Positions 27,748 to 37,035 of a DNA stretch of 64,000 nucleotides are shown one piece after another. The notes beneath the pieces were generated by a model. The model searched no databases, was not told where the DNA came from, and worked only from the letters and a program-made list of their open reading frames with translations. The stretch covers positions 6,231 through 70,230 of the forward strand of contig JAGOZU010000002.1 in the NCBI GenBank assembly GCA_018058545.1, written 5' to 3'. The first letter of the stretch is position 1; each line of letters opens with the position of its first letter. The position numbers were made by a program, and so were the translations under genes. The stretch is from Promineifilum sp. Lineage in GTDB: Bacteria; Chloroflexota; Anaerolineae; Promineifilales; Promineifilaceae.

Positions 27748-29379
27748 ATGGCTGTTGCTATGATGAACCTGAAGGATTTACTGGCGAGCTGGAAAGCGGC
27801 CGTCGATGGCACAACCCACCCGCAGCCTCCGGACTATGGCGGGCCGGACGTCATGTTCGATCGCTTCACGGAGAAGTCGGGCGAGGTCGAGACGGGCGCG
27901 TGTTTCGTGGCTCGCGTGCGCACCGGCAGCGACGGACATCCCTACATCGGGCAAGCCATCGAGCGCGGCGCGCGCCTGATCCTGGCCCAACGGCCGGCGG
28001 CCGAGGTGGGGGTCATCGTGCCGGAGGACGTCGGCTATCTGCTGGTGGAGGACACGGCCGAGGCGCAGGCGTGGCTGGCCGCCGCTGCGGAACGCTTCCC
28101 CAGCCGGGAGCTGATGATGATCGGCATCACCGGCACGGACGGCAAGACGACGACGGCCAATATCCTGTTCAATATATTGCGGGCGGCGGGGATTCAGGCC
28201 GGGTTGCTGAGCACGATCAAGGCCGACATCGGCGGGGCGGAGGAGCTGCTGGAGCTGCACGTGACCACGCCGGAGTCGCCAGTGGTGCAGCGCTATTTGC
28301 GACGTATGGCCGACGCAGGTCTGACTCATTGCGTGCTGGAGGTGACATCGCACGCGCTGGCGCAGCACCGGGTGGCCGCTGTGGATTTCGATATGGCCGT
28401 GGTGACCAACATCACCCACGAACATCTGGACTATCATGGCAGCTACGAGGCCTATTTCGCCGCCAAGCGGAGGCTGTTTGAGTATCTGTCGGCCGATTTC
28501 ATCCATGTCCCCACGCACAACAGAGACAAGATCGAGCTGAGGCGAACGGCCATCCTGAACCGCGACGACCGCTCTTTTGGGCCATTGGATGAGTTCCTGG
28601 CGGGCCTACCGGTGGAGGTGGTCACCTACGGCCTGGATGCCGAGGCAAACGTGACGGCGAGCGACATCGTGTATGGGCCGTATGAGACGGCGCTGACGGT
28701 GCGCGTGGACGGGAAGTCGCTGCTGGTGCGCGCGCCACTGCCGGGATCTTTCAACGTTCATAACATGCTGGCGGCGTCGGCCGCGGCGTCGGCGTTGGGC
28801 GTCGCGCCGGAGACGATCCGCGAGGGGCTGGAAGGAATGGGGACACTGAGCGGCCGCATGGAGCGCATCGACCGTGGGCAGCCGTTTCTGGTGGTGGTGG
28901 ATTTTGCCCACACCCCCAACGCGCTGGAACGGGCGATTGGGGCGGCGCGGGGGATGATCGATGGCGGCCGGGTCATCGCCGTGTTCGGCAGCGCGGGCAA
29001 GCGGGACGTGGCCAAGCGACGTTTGATGGCCGAGGCGTCGGCGCGAACGGCCGACTTGTCGGTGCTGACGGCCGAGGACCCGCGCACGGAGTCGCTGGAC
29101 GAGATTCTGGCGATGATGGCCGGGGCGGCCGAGGCGACGGGGGGCGTCGAAGGTGAGACATTCTGGCGGGTTCGCGACCGGGGGCGGGCGATTCATTTCG
29201 CGCTGGGGCTGGCGCGGCCGGGGGATGTGGTGCTCATCTGCGGCAAGGGACACGAGCAGTCGATGTGCTTTGGCGTGGTGGAATATCCCTGGGACGACCG
29301 GCAGGCGACGGTGACGGCGCTGGAAGCATTTCTGGCGGGCGGGGAGATGGCCGACCTGGGCCTGCCGACATTTGATTAG
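27748..29379 (+). CDS. murE: UDP-MurNAc-tripeptide synthetase MurE
   Basis: GITGTDGKTT, HVTTP, EVTSH, TNITHEHLDYH, GRME, VDFAHTP, EDPR, GKGHE. Confidence 0.95.
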   Translation: MAVAMMNLKDLLASWKAAVDGTTHPQPPDYGGPDVMFDRFTEKSGEVETGACFVARVRTGSDGHPYIGQAIERGARLILAQRPAAEVGVIVPEDVGYLLVEDTAEAQAWLAAAAERFPSRELMMIGITGTDGKTTTANILFNILRAAGIQAGLLSTIKADIGGAEELLELHVTTPESPVVQRYLRRMADAGLTHCVLEVTSHALAQHRVAAVDFDMAVVTNITHEHLDYHGSYEAYFAAKRRLFEYLSADFIHVPTHNRDKIELRRTAILNRDDRSFGPLDEFLAGLPVEVVTYGLDAEANVTASDIVYGPYETALTVRVDGKSLLVRAPLPGSFNVHNMLAASAAASALGVAPETIREGLEGMGTLSGRMERIDRGQPFLVVVDFAHTPNALERAIGAARGMIDGGRVIAVFGSAGKRDVAKRRLMAEASARTADLSVLTAEDPRTESLDEILAMMAGAAEATGGVEGETFWRVRDRGRAIHFALGLARPGDVVLICGKGHEQSMCFGVVEYPWDDRQATVTALEAFLAGGEMADLGLPTFD

Positions 29380-29488
29380 CGCCGTTTATTCGATCTCTTA
29401 TTTCGTATCCGCTCATTTGTGTTACAATGGCCGCATTATTGCGAGGCTGCAATAGTGCGCCGGAAACAGCAAGTCATCGAGGGGTCTC

Positions 29489-30037
29489 ATGATCGAGGTT
29501 ATAATCGACAGCATACGCGTCAGCCTGGTGTCCCAGCATCGGATTGTGCTCCTGCGCGAGATGGACAGCGACCGACAACTTCCCATTTGGATCGGGCCTT
29601 GTGAGGCGGACGCCATCACCATCGAATTGCAGGACGTCAAGGTGGCGCGTCCATTGACCCAGGATTTACTCAAGATCGTCATCACCGAATTGGGCGGCAC
29701 GCTCTCCCATGTGCTGATTAAGGAACTGAACGAGAGCGTCTTCCATGCTCGCCTGTTCATCAATATGGAGGACGAGGACGAGCCGCGCGAGATCGATTGC
29801 CGTCCGTCGGATGCCATCGCCCTGGCCGTGCGGGCCAAGGTGCCGATCTTCATCTCCGAGGAGGTCATGAATGTGGCCGGCGTGGAGCCGGAGCCGGATA
29901 TTCAGACAGCCGGAGATGAATCGGGCGAGGAACTGATCGATGCCGCCGACCTGGATGCCTTCAGTGACTTCCTTAACACACTGGATTTCGGCGACTTTGG
30001 CGGCGAACCGGACGAGCCGGGCGACGACCCGCTCTGA
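29489..30037 (+). CDS. Bifunctional nuclease family protein (DUF151/BFN)
   Basis: LPIWIGPCEADAI, RPLTQDL, DCRPSDAIALA; acidic tail. Confidence 0.9.
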   Translation: MIEVIIDSIRVSLVSQHRIVLLREMDSDRQLPIWIGPCEADAITIELQDVKVARPLTQDLLKIVITELGGTLSHVLIKELNESVFHARLFINMEDEDEPREIDCRPSDAIALAVRAKVPIFISEEVMNVAGVEPEPDIQTAGDESGEELIDAADLDAFSDFLNTLDFGDFGGEPDEPGDDPL

Positions 30038-30147
30038 GCGACCGGCCGGAATCATCGGCGGATGCGTGCCGCCGCCTGTTGTTATGCGGTCTGTGACGTG
30101 AAACGCGCCCCATTTGGCCCGCGCGTTCCACGTCTTGTTTTTCTCTG

Positions 30148-31491
30148 ATGGATACGATAGAAGAACGCCTGCCCCCCCATAGCGTCGAGGCCGAGGAAGC
30201 CGTCCTGGGTTCCCTGATCATCGATCCCGATGCGATATTCGAGGTATCCGGTTTTCTGAAGCCGGAGGCCTTCTATCGCGCCCAAAACCGCTGGATCTAT
30301 GAATCGATCCTGGCCCTGAACGAGCGACGGGTCCCCCTCGACGTGGTTACGCTAATCGAGGAACTGCGCCGCCGCGAGCAACTGAACGAGATCGGCGGCG
30401 AGCCGACGGTGATCAACCTGCTGAACGCCGTGCCGACGTCGATCAACGTCGAGGCCTACGGCAGGATGGTGGACGCGGCCGGCATCCGGCGCAAGCTCCT
30501 CCTGGCGGCCGGGTCCATCGCCCGGCTGGCCTACGACGAGGCTGAGGATATCAACGTCGTACTCGATCGGTCGGAGCAGGCGCTATTCAGCATCAGCGAG
30601 CAGCGCACCGACCGCGCTCTGAAGCCGGTGAAGGAGATCGCCGGGGAGTATCTGGAGCGCATCGAGCTGTTGCGGGAGCGGGGCGACGAGTTTATCGGCA
30701 TTCCCACGGGCTTCATCGAACTGGACCGGATGCTGAGCGGCCTGAACAAATCCGATCTGATTATCATCGCCGCGCGGCCGGGTATGGGCAAGACGGCGCT
30801 GCAGAACGCGGTGGCCCTTCACGCGGCGCGACGCTACGACAAGCGGGTGGCCATGTTCAATCTGGAGATGAGCGGCGAGCAGCTGGTGCAGCGCATGATC
30901 GCCGCCGAGACGCGCATCGATTCCCAGCGCTTGCGGCGGGGTGATCTGGCCGATCATGAGTGGGCCATCTTCCTGGAGGCGCTCGGCCGTCTGAGCGAGT
31001 CGAAGATCTTCATCGATGATACCCCGTCGATCACCCCCATGCAGCTGCGGACGAAGTGCCGCCGGCTGTATGCCGAGCACGGGCTTGATTTGGTGATGAT
31101 CGACTACTTGCAGTTGATGCAGGCCGAGCATCCGACCAGCAATCGGGTGCAGGAAGTCAGCGAGATTTCGCGCGAGCTGAAGGGGTTGGCCCGCGAGCTG
31201 AATGTGCCGGTGGTGGCCGCGGCGCAGCTCAGTCGAGCGGTGGAGTCGCGGCAGAACAAGCGGCCGGTGTTGTCTGACCTGCGTGATTCGGGAAGTATCG
31301 AACAGGACGCCGACGTGGTCATGTTCATCTACCGCGATGATTACTATAATCCGGAGACATCGGAACGGCCGAATGTCGCCGAGGTCAACGTGGCCAAGCA
31401 TCGTAACGGCCCGACGGGGGCCATCGACCTGTTTTGGCACGGCCAGCTGGCGACCTTCCGTAATTTGCACCGGCAGGAAGTTGAACTATAA
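30148..31491 (+). CDS. dnaB: Replicative DNA helicase
   Basis: PPHSVEAEEAVLGS, ARPGMGKT, LEMS..QL, IDYLQL, QLSR, DLRDSGSIEQDAD, KHRNGP. Confidence 0.97.
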   Translation: MDTIEERLPPHSVEAEEAVLGSLIIDPDAIFEVSGFLKPEAFYRAQNRWIYESILALNERRVPLDVVTLIEELRRREQLNEIGGEPTVINLLNAVPTSINVEAYGRMVDAAGIRRKLLLAAGSIARLAYDEAEDINVVLDRSEQALFSISEQRTDRALKPVKEIAGEYLERIELLRERGDEFIGIPTGFIELDRMLSGLNKSDLIIIAARPGMGKTALQNAVALHAARRYDKRVAMFNLEMSGEQLVQRMIAAETRIDSQRLRRGDLADHEWAIFLEALGRLSESKIFIDDTPSITPMQLRTKCRRLYAEHGLDLVMIDYLQLMQAEHPTSNRVQEVSEISRELKGLARELNVPVVAAAQLSRAVESRQNKRPVLSDLRDSGSIEQDADVVMFIYRDDYYNPETSERPNVAEVNVAKHRNGPTGAIDLFWHGQLATFRNLHRQEVEL

Positions 31492-31516
31492 ATCGAATCG
31501 AGGTTCATAGGTTCTT

Positions 31517-31551
31517 CATTCGAAATTCGACATTCGTCATTCGTCATTGGG
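31517..31551. repeat. Heptamer tandem array between dnaB and dnaD
   Basis: cattcga aattcga cattcgt cattcgt cattggg. Confidence 0.85.
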
Positions 31552-31561
31552 AAGTCATGAT

Positions 31562-32290
31562 ATGTCCGGTTCACTAGCAATGCAGGGTTTTGCCGGCTTC
31601 CCCGATGGAAAGCAACGGCTCACGCTTGTCCCGAATCTGTTCTTCAGCGACCTGCTGCCCGCGATCGACAATCTGGCCGAACTGAAGGTGACGCTCTATG
31701 CCTTCTGGGCGTTGGGGCGGCGCGAGGGAGATCTGCGCTACCTGCGGTTGCCGGACTTCATGAACGATCCCGTTCTGCTGAAGGCGATGGGCGAGGCGAA
31801 CATCCAGTCGGGCGTCGAGATGCTGCTGGACGGCATCGAGCGCGCCGTGGCTCGCGGCACGTTTCTGCAGGTTACGATAGAGGGGGCCGGCGGGCAGATG
31901 GAGCTGTATTTCCTGAATACAGAGCGGGGCCGGGCGGCCGTCGAAGGCATCAGCCGTGGCGAGTGGCGGCCGTCGCCCGACGACGAGGAGCCGATCACCC
32001 TGCTGGTGGAGCGGCCCAATATATTCGTCCTTTATGAACAAAACATCGGCGCACTGACGCCGATGATCGCCGAAGAGCTGCGCGAGGCGGAGCAAACCTA
32101 CTCGCCCCAATGGATTGAGGAAGCCATCCGGCTGGCGGTCACCAACAACGTGCGTCGCTGGCGTTATGTCCAGAGCATTCTGGAGCGCTGGCGGCAGGAA
32201 GGAAAGCAAGATGCGCTCGGCCAACGAGATTCTCAACGGGACCTCAAACGGCAAGTCCCGCCCGAATATGACGACATCGTCAAACGCTAA
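31562..32290 (+). CDS. DnaD domain replication protein
   Basis: C-terminal NIFVLYEQNIGALTPMIAEEL...WIEEAIRLAV.NNVRRWRYVQSILERW, the DnaD/DnaB_2 YxxxILxxW motif. Start 31562 or 31580. Confidence 0.85.
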   Translation: MSGSLAMQGFAGFPDGKQRLTLVPNLFFSDLLPAIDNLAELKVTLYAFWALGRREGDLRYLRLPDFMNDPVLLKAMGEANIQSGVEMLLDGIERAVARGTFLQVTIEGAGGQMELYFLNTERGRAAVEGISRGEWRPSPDDEEPITLLVERPNIFVLYEQNIGALTPMIAEELREAEQTYSPQWIEEAIRLAVTNNVRRWRYVQSILERWRQEGKQDALGQRDSQRDLKRQVPPEYDDIVKR

Positions 32291-33674
32291 CCCCGATGGT
32301 GGCCGTCGGGACGACGGCGGCCATCGCAACGATGGCGACCATCGCAACGATGGCGACCATCGCAACGATGGCGGCATCGGCCGGCCGGACTGCCCCCACT
32401 GCGGCGGCCTGGGTTACGTCCTGCCCGCCGTGGGGCCGGATGACCCGGGCTTTGGTCGTGCCGTGGTCTGTGTCTGCCGCGCGGCCGATCTGGAGAGCAA
32501 GCGCCTCCGGGATGTCATTGGCGTCACCCAGGCGGGCATGCTGGAGGAGATGACTTTCGATAGCTTCATGACCGATCCCGGCGGTCTGACGGCGGCCGAA
32601 AAAAACAGTCTGAAGATGGCCCGACGCGAGGCCGAGGCCTTCGCCGAGAACCCGGCGGGCTGGTTGCTATTGCGTGGCGGCTACGGCTGCGGCAAGACCC
32701 ATTTGGCGGCGGCCGTCGCCAACTATCGCCTGCAACATGGTCAGGTGGTGCTCTTCCTGACCGCGCCCGATTTGCTCGACCATCTGCGGGCTACGTTCGG
32801 CCCCGATTCGGCCGTCAGCTATGACGATCGATTTGAACAGGTTCGCAACGCGCCGCTGCTTATCCTCGACGACTTTGGCGCACAGAGCAACACCGCCTGG
32901 GCCGACGAAAAATTCTATCAGATCATCAACCATCGCTATGTCCTGCGCCTGCCGACAGTCATCACCACCAATCTCGATGAAGAGGATTTCGAGCCACGTT
33001 TGCGCTCGCGCCTGGGGCATGTCGGCAATCAGGGCGTGGTGAAACTGGTGGAGATCAGCTCGCGCGATTTCCGTCACGGCACGCATCTGTCCGACCTGTC
33101 GACGCTGAATCTCCATGCCGACAAGACCTTCAATACGTTCGACCTTCGCGAGACCGAGCTGCCGAAGGCGCAGGCCGATAATCTGCGGCGAGCGCTGGAG
33201 CTGGCGGTGGCTTTTGCCGACCAGCCGGAAGGTTGGCTGGTGTTTAACAGTGTGGCCTATGCCAACGGCAAGACTCATCTGGCGGCGGCCATCGCCAACT
33301 ATGTGGCCGATGACGGCGAGCCGGTGCTGTTTGTGGTTGTGCCCGACCTGCTGGACTATCTGCGGGCGTCCTTCAGCCCCAGCAGCCAGAGCCGGCTGGA
33401 CAAGCGGTTCGATGAGGTGAAGCGCGCGCCGCTGCTGGTGCTGGACGATTTGGGCACGGAGAGCGCCACGGCCTGGGCGCGCGAGAAGCTCTACCAGCTC
33501 TTTAACTATCGCTATAACGCGCAACTGCCGACGGTGATCACCACGGCCGTGCCGATTGAGCAGATCGATCCGCGTCTGGCGTCACGGATGCTGGACGGCC
33601 GCCGCTGCACGTTCTTCGTACTGGAGGCCCCCAGCTATCGCGGAAAGGGCAAGCAAAAGCCAAGAAGACGATAG
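32211..33674 (+). CDS. DnaC/DnaI/IstB-like helicase-loader ATPase with Zn-binding N-terminus and two tandem AAA+ domains
   Basis: CPHCGG...CVC. Domain 1: GGYGCGKT, LILDDFG, ITTN. Domain 2: AYANGKT, LVLDDLG, ITT. Start placed at ATG 32211 (SD-like GGAAGG); 32268 is the alternative. Confidence 0.85.
   Translation: MRSANEILNGTSNGKSRPNMTTSSNANPDGGRRDDGGHRNDGDHRNDGDHRNDGGIGRPDCPHCGGLGYVLPAVGPDDPGFGRAVVCVCRAADLESKRLRDVIGVTQAGMLEEMTFDSFMTDPGGLTAAEKNSLKMARREAEAFAENPAGWLLLRGGYGCGKTHLAAAVANYRLQHGQVVLFLTAPDLLDHLRATFGPDSAVSYDDRFEQVRNAPLLILDDFGAQSNTAWADEKFYQIINHRYVLRLPTVITTNLDEEDFEPRLRSRLGHVGNQGVVKLVEISSRDFRHGTHLSDLSTLNLHADKTFNTFDLRETELPKAQADNLRRALELAVAFADQPEGWLVFNSVAYANGKTHLAAAIANYVADDGEPVLFVVVPDLLDYLRASFSPSSQSRLDKRFDEVKRAPLLVLDDLGTESATAWAREKLYQLFNYRYNAQLPTVITTAVPIEQIDPRLASRMLDGRRCTFFVLEAPSYRGKGKQKPRRR
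32311..32379. repeat. 18-bp minisatellite (~3.8 copies) in the dnaC-like 5' region
   Basis: acgacggcggccatcgca acgatggcgaccatcgca acgatggcgaccatcgca acgatggcggcatcg. Confidence 0.92.
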
Positions 33675-33686
33675 AGGCGCGCTCCC

Positions 33687-33721
33687 CATTCGTCATTCGT
33701 CATTCGTAATTCGTAATTTCC
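33687..33721. repeat. Heptamer tandem array after the dnaC-like gene
   Basis: cattcgt cattcgt cattcgt aattcgt aatttcc. Confidence 0.9.
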
Positions 33722-35494
33722 CTAGTGTGACAGGATAACCCAGGTCGGCCCGCGCATTTCCAGCACCAGACTGGTCAGCCGGTTCTGCGGGGGTTGGGTA
33801 GCGACGGCCTGGGCTTTGTCGCCCATCAGATCGACCTGTTGCAGCACATAGCCGTATTCGGCCGCCGCCCGCACGATCCCCAAATAGCTCGTGGCCATCG
33901 GGTCGATGATCGCGCCGTTGTTGTCGAGAATATTGGCGACGCTGTCGAGAATGACGTTGGCCTTGTCGTAGCGGCCCTGTCGCAGGGCGGCGTCGGCCGC
34001 GGCCAGCATCACTTCCAGCATGATGTTGATCTCTTCCTCCGGTCGCCGCGTCAGGTCGGCCGGGTTGCCGAACTCGCGCACTTGCGTCGGATGGGGCAGC
34101 CAGGCGCTCAGGTAGTGGGCCGTCGGGTCGTACATCTCCTGATAGCGCCGAGCCACATTGTAGTAGCGGATCGTCGTCCGCAAGTCCTCCACCACGGCCG
34201 GATCGGGCGGGGCGCTTTGCAGCATGTTCAGCCATTCGGCCTCGAGTTGGGCTAGCGATGCCCCGTAGTAATGCTGCAGGTTGACATCGACGGCATCGGC
34301 CAATGTAGGTCCGTCTCCGGCCGAGATGTCGCTGTAGAACTCCCTGAAGGTGTTCCAGCCGGATCGGTCGATGAGATAGGTGATGAACCCCGCCGCCTCC
34401 AGATAGCCGATCTCGTGCTGGATGGGGTAGAAGTCGTTGATGAGCGTGGCCAGCGGCACATATTGGTTCAAGGCCACCAGCGCGGCCGAACGTTTGGTCA
34501 GGTCTTCCGGCTTGTAATGGCCGCCACTGACCCACACCGCCAGCCCTTCGGCCAAAAACGACAGACGGCGCGGGGCAAACTGCTGGTCGAGGATGTGGGT
34601 GGCCTCATGGACGAGCAGTTCATAGATGCCGCCGCCCGCATAGCGTCGGTCGACGTAGGAGACGACGATGTCCGTGCCGGCAAAACCGCCCTGGCCCACG
34701 ACGCGGTCGATGAAGTAGACGTGGAGCTTCTGGCTGGGCTGCACCGAGAGCCGGTTGGCCGCCTGCTGCACGGCCGACTCCAGCAGCGGAGCCAGCGACG
34801 GCAGATCGCGGGCCGCGGCCGTGTCGCTGACGACGTGGATGAAGCAGCAGTCGATCTCCCTGGTCTGCCAGCCGGCGGCGGCGTCGCGGGCCGCCTGTCC
34901 GGTGGGGATGTTCACCGTGGCGGTGATGACGGTGGCGTTGTTGGCCGGGTCGTCGTCACCGGCCTGGATGGTGTCGAACGGATCGAGGACGACCTCGATG
35001 CGATAGTCGCCCGACAGGCCGGTGGTGTCCCAGGCCCATTCATAGATGCCTTCGGCCTGGCCGTTCCAGTTGCGGCGATCGAGCGGCCCGCCGGCCACTT
35101 GCACCCCGTCGACTAGGATGGTGGCGGTCACGTCGCTGACCTGGACGCCCGCGGGCACGAACGGCAGGAGCTGGAAGGTTACTTTGTCCCCGGCGTAGAT
35201 GACGGGCACGGGGTACAGGACGACGTCGGTATGATTCAGCGACAGGTCGGCGGCATCCGTTGGGTCGGGCGGAATCGTCGGCAAGGATTCCGGACTGGGT
35301 GGCGGAGGCTGGGTATCGGTGGGCAGGGCGGGCACGGTGGCCGGGTCGGTGGGGGGAACGGCCTCGGCCGCCGGGAGGACGGAAACGGGGACGGCCGTCG
35401 CGACGGCGGGGGGAGAAGTCGCGGCGGTCGAGCCGTTGCAAGCAACCAGCCCCAAGGTGATCATGGCCAGGACGACGAGCGTGATCCGGTGCAT
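33722..35494 (-). CDS. Lipoprotein with Pro/Thr linker, CARDB-like domain and zincin (peptidase MA-like) domain
   Basis: Lipobox LVAC; VVLDPFDTI..GDDDPANN; HEATH plus downstream LAEGLA. Confidence 0.7.
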   Translation of the reverse strand: MHRITLVVLAMITLGLVACNGSTAATSPPAVATAVPVSVLPAAEAVPPTDPATVPALPTDTQPPPPSPESLPTIPPDPTDAADLSLNHTDVVLYPVPVIYAGDKVTFQLLPFVPAGVQVSDVTATILVDGVQVAGGPLDRRNWNGQAEGIYEWAWDTTGLSGDYRIEVVLDPFDTIQAGDDDPANNATVITATVNIPTGQAARDAAAGWQTREIDCCFIHVVSDTAAARDLPSLAPLLESAVQQAANRLSVQPSQKLHVYFIDRVVGQGGFAGTDIVVSYVDRRYAGGGIYELLVHEATHILDQQFAPRRLSFLAEGLAVWVSGGHYKPEDLTKRSAALVALNQYVPLATLINDFYPIQHEIGYLEAAGFITYLIDRSGWNTFREFYSDISAGDGPTLADAVDVNLQHYYGASLAQLEAEWLNMLQSAPPDPAVVEDLRTTIRYYNVARRYQEMYDPTAHYLSAWLPHPTQVREFGNPADLTRRPEEEINIMLEVMLAAADAALRQGRYDKANVILDSVANILDNNGAIIDPMATSYLGIVRAAAEYGYVLQQVDLMGDKAQAVATQPPQNRLTSLVLEMRGPTWVILSH

Positions 35495-35752
35495 CGCGCT
35501 CGATGGTAACTGGTTGTTGTCGGTACTACTCAACGGCAATCAGTTCCTTACTCAACCCTCAATATTCTATACGCCAACGATCGGCCGCCGTTGCAGGGGA
35601 ATGGGATGTTCACTGTTTATTAAGCAACAGGAGGTTGCTTGTCTTTACCCAAACCGGCCAAACTGGCGTATAATCACCACGCTTGCATATATAACACTTG
35701 TTGCGCCCAAAAAGTACGCTCAACAACAAAATAGTCAGGAGACCTTTGAACC

Positions 35753-36994
35753 ATGCCGTTTAAGAATATTCAAGTGCCTGCCGGCGAAAAAATAACTTAT
35801 GAGAATGGCCGGATCCATGTGCCGGATCATCCGATCGTCGCCTTTATCGAGGGCGACGGCATAGGCGTTGACATCACACCCGCTTCCATCATGGTATGGG
35901 ACGCCGCTGTCGAGAAAGCTTACGGCGGCAAGCGCCAGATCGCCTGGATGGAGATCTATGCCGGGGAGAAGGCGGCTGACAAGTATGACGGCAACTATAT
36001 GCCCGAAGAGACCTTCGACGCCATGCGGGAGTATATCGTCGGCATCAAGGGGCCGCTGACCACGCCCATCGGCGGCGGCTTCCGCAGCCTCAATGTGACC
36101 CTGCGCCAGGTGCTTGATCTCTACGCCTGCGTGCGGCCGGTGCGCTACATCCCCGGCACGCCCAGCCCGGTGAAGCATCCGGAGAAGATGGATATCGTCA
36201 TCTACCGCGAGAACACCGAGGACGTCTATTCCGGCATCGAGTGGGAAGCCGAGTCCGACGGGGCCAAGGCGGTCATCGAGTTCATCAACGGCAAACTGGG
36301 CAAGAACATTCGCGAAGGCTCGGCCATCGGCATCAAGCCGGTCTCTGAGTTCGGCAGCAAGCGGCTGGTGCGCCAGGCGATTCAGTACGCCGTCGACCAC
36401 CAGCGGCCGTCGGTGACGTTCGTCCACAAGGGCAACATCATGAAGTTCACCGAGGGGGCGTTCAAGAACTGGGGCTATGAGGTGGCGGCGCAGGAATTTG
36501 GCGACTACACCGTGACCGAGGACGACCTCTGGAACAAGTATGACGGCAAGGCGCCCGAGGGCAAGATCGTCATCAACGACCGCATCGCCGACAACATGCT
36601 GCAGCAGATGTTGACCCGCACCGACGAGTACAGCGTGCTGGCCACGCTGAACCTGAACGGCGACTACATCAGCGACGCGGCCGCGGCGCAGGTGGGCGGG
36701 CTGGGCATGGCTCCCGGCGGCAACATCGGCGACGGCGTGGCCCTGTTCGAGGCCACCCACGGCACGGCCCCCAAGTACGCCGGCAAGGACATGGTCAACC
36801 CCGGCAGCCTCATCCTGAGCGGGGCGATGATGCTGGAGTACATGGGCTGGCAGGAAGCGGCCGACCTGGTGGCCGAGGCAATGGCCAAGACCATCCAGGA
36901 CAAGGTCGTGACGTATGACCTGCACCGGCAGATCGAAGGGGCGACGAAGGTGGGCTGCTCGGGGTTTGCGAAGGCGATTGTGGGGAATATGTAA
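35753..36994 (+). CDS. icd: NADP-dependent isocitrate dehydrogenase
   Basis: [53 protein letters not shown]. Confidence 0.97.
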   Translation: MPFKNIQVPAGEKITYENGRIHVPDHPIVAFIEGDGIGVDITPASIMVWDAAVEKAYGGKRQIAWMEIYAGEKAADKYDGNYMPEETFDAMREYIVGIKGPLTTPIGGGFRSLNVTLRQVLDLYACVRPVRYIPGTPSPVKHPEKMDIVIYRENTEDVYSGIEWEAESDGAKAVIEFINGKLGKNIREGSAIGIKPVSEFGSKRLVRQAIQYAVDHQRPSVTFVHKGNIMKFTEGAFKNWGYEVAAQEFGDYTVTEDDLWNKYDGKAPEGKIVINDRIADNMLQQMLTRTDEYSVLATLNLNGDYISDAAAAQVGGLGMAPGGNIGDGVALFEATHGTAPKYAGKDMVNPGSLILSGAMMLEYMGWQEAADLVAEAMAKTIQDKVVTYDLHRQIEGATKVGCSGFAKAIVGNM

Positions 36995-37035
36995 TTATTT
37001 GGGGCAAGATTTCCAGCTTGCCGTTTGAAAGAAAA

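Noticed and set aside
32311-32379. Short repeats as a possible CRISPR array
   Set aside because: Units are contiguous with no unique spacers, and no cas genes are nearby. The same applies to the heptamer and octamer arrays.
32211-33674. IstB of an IS21 element
   Set aside because: There is no istA transposase or terminal inverted repeats; the dnaB-dnaD context indicates a replication loader.
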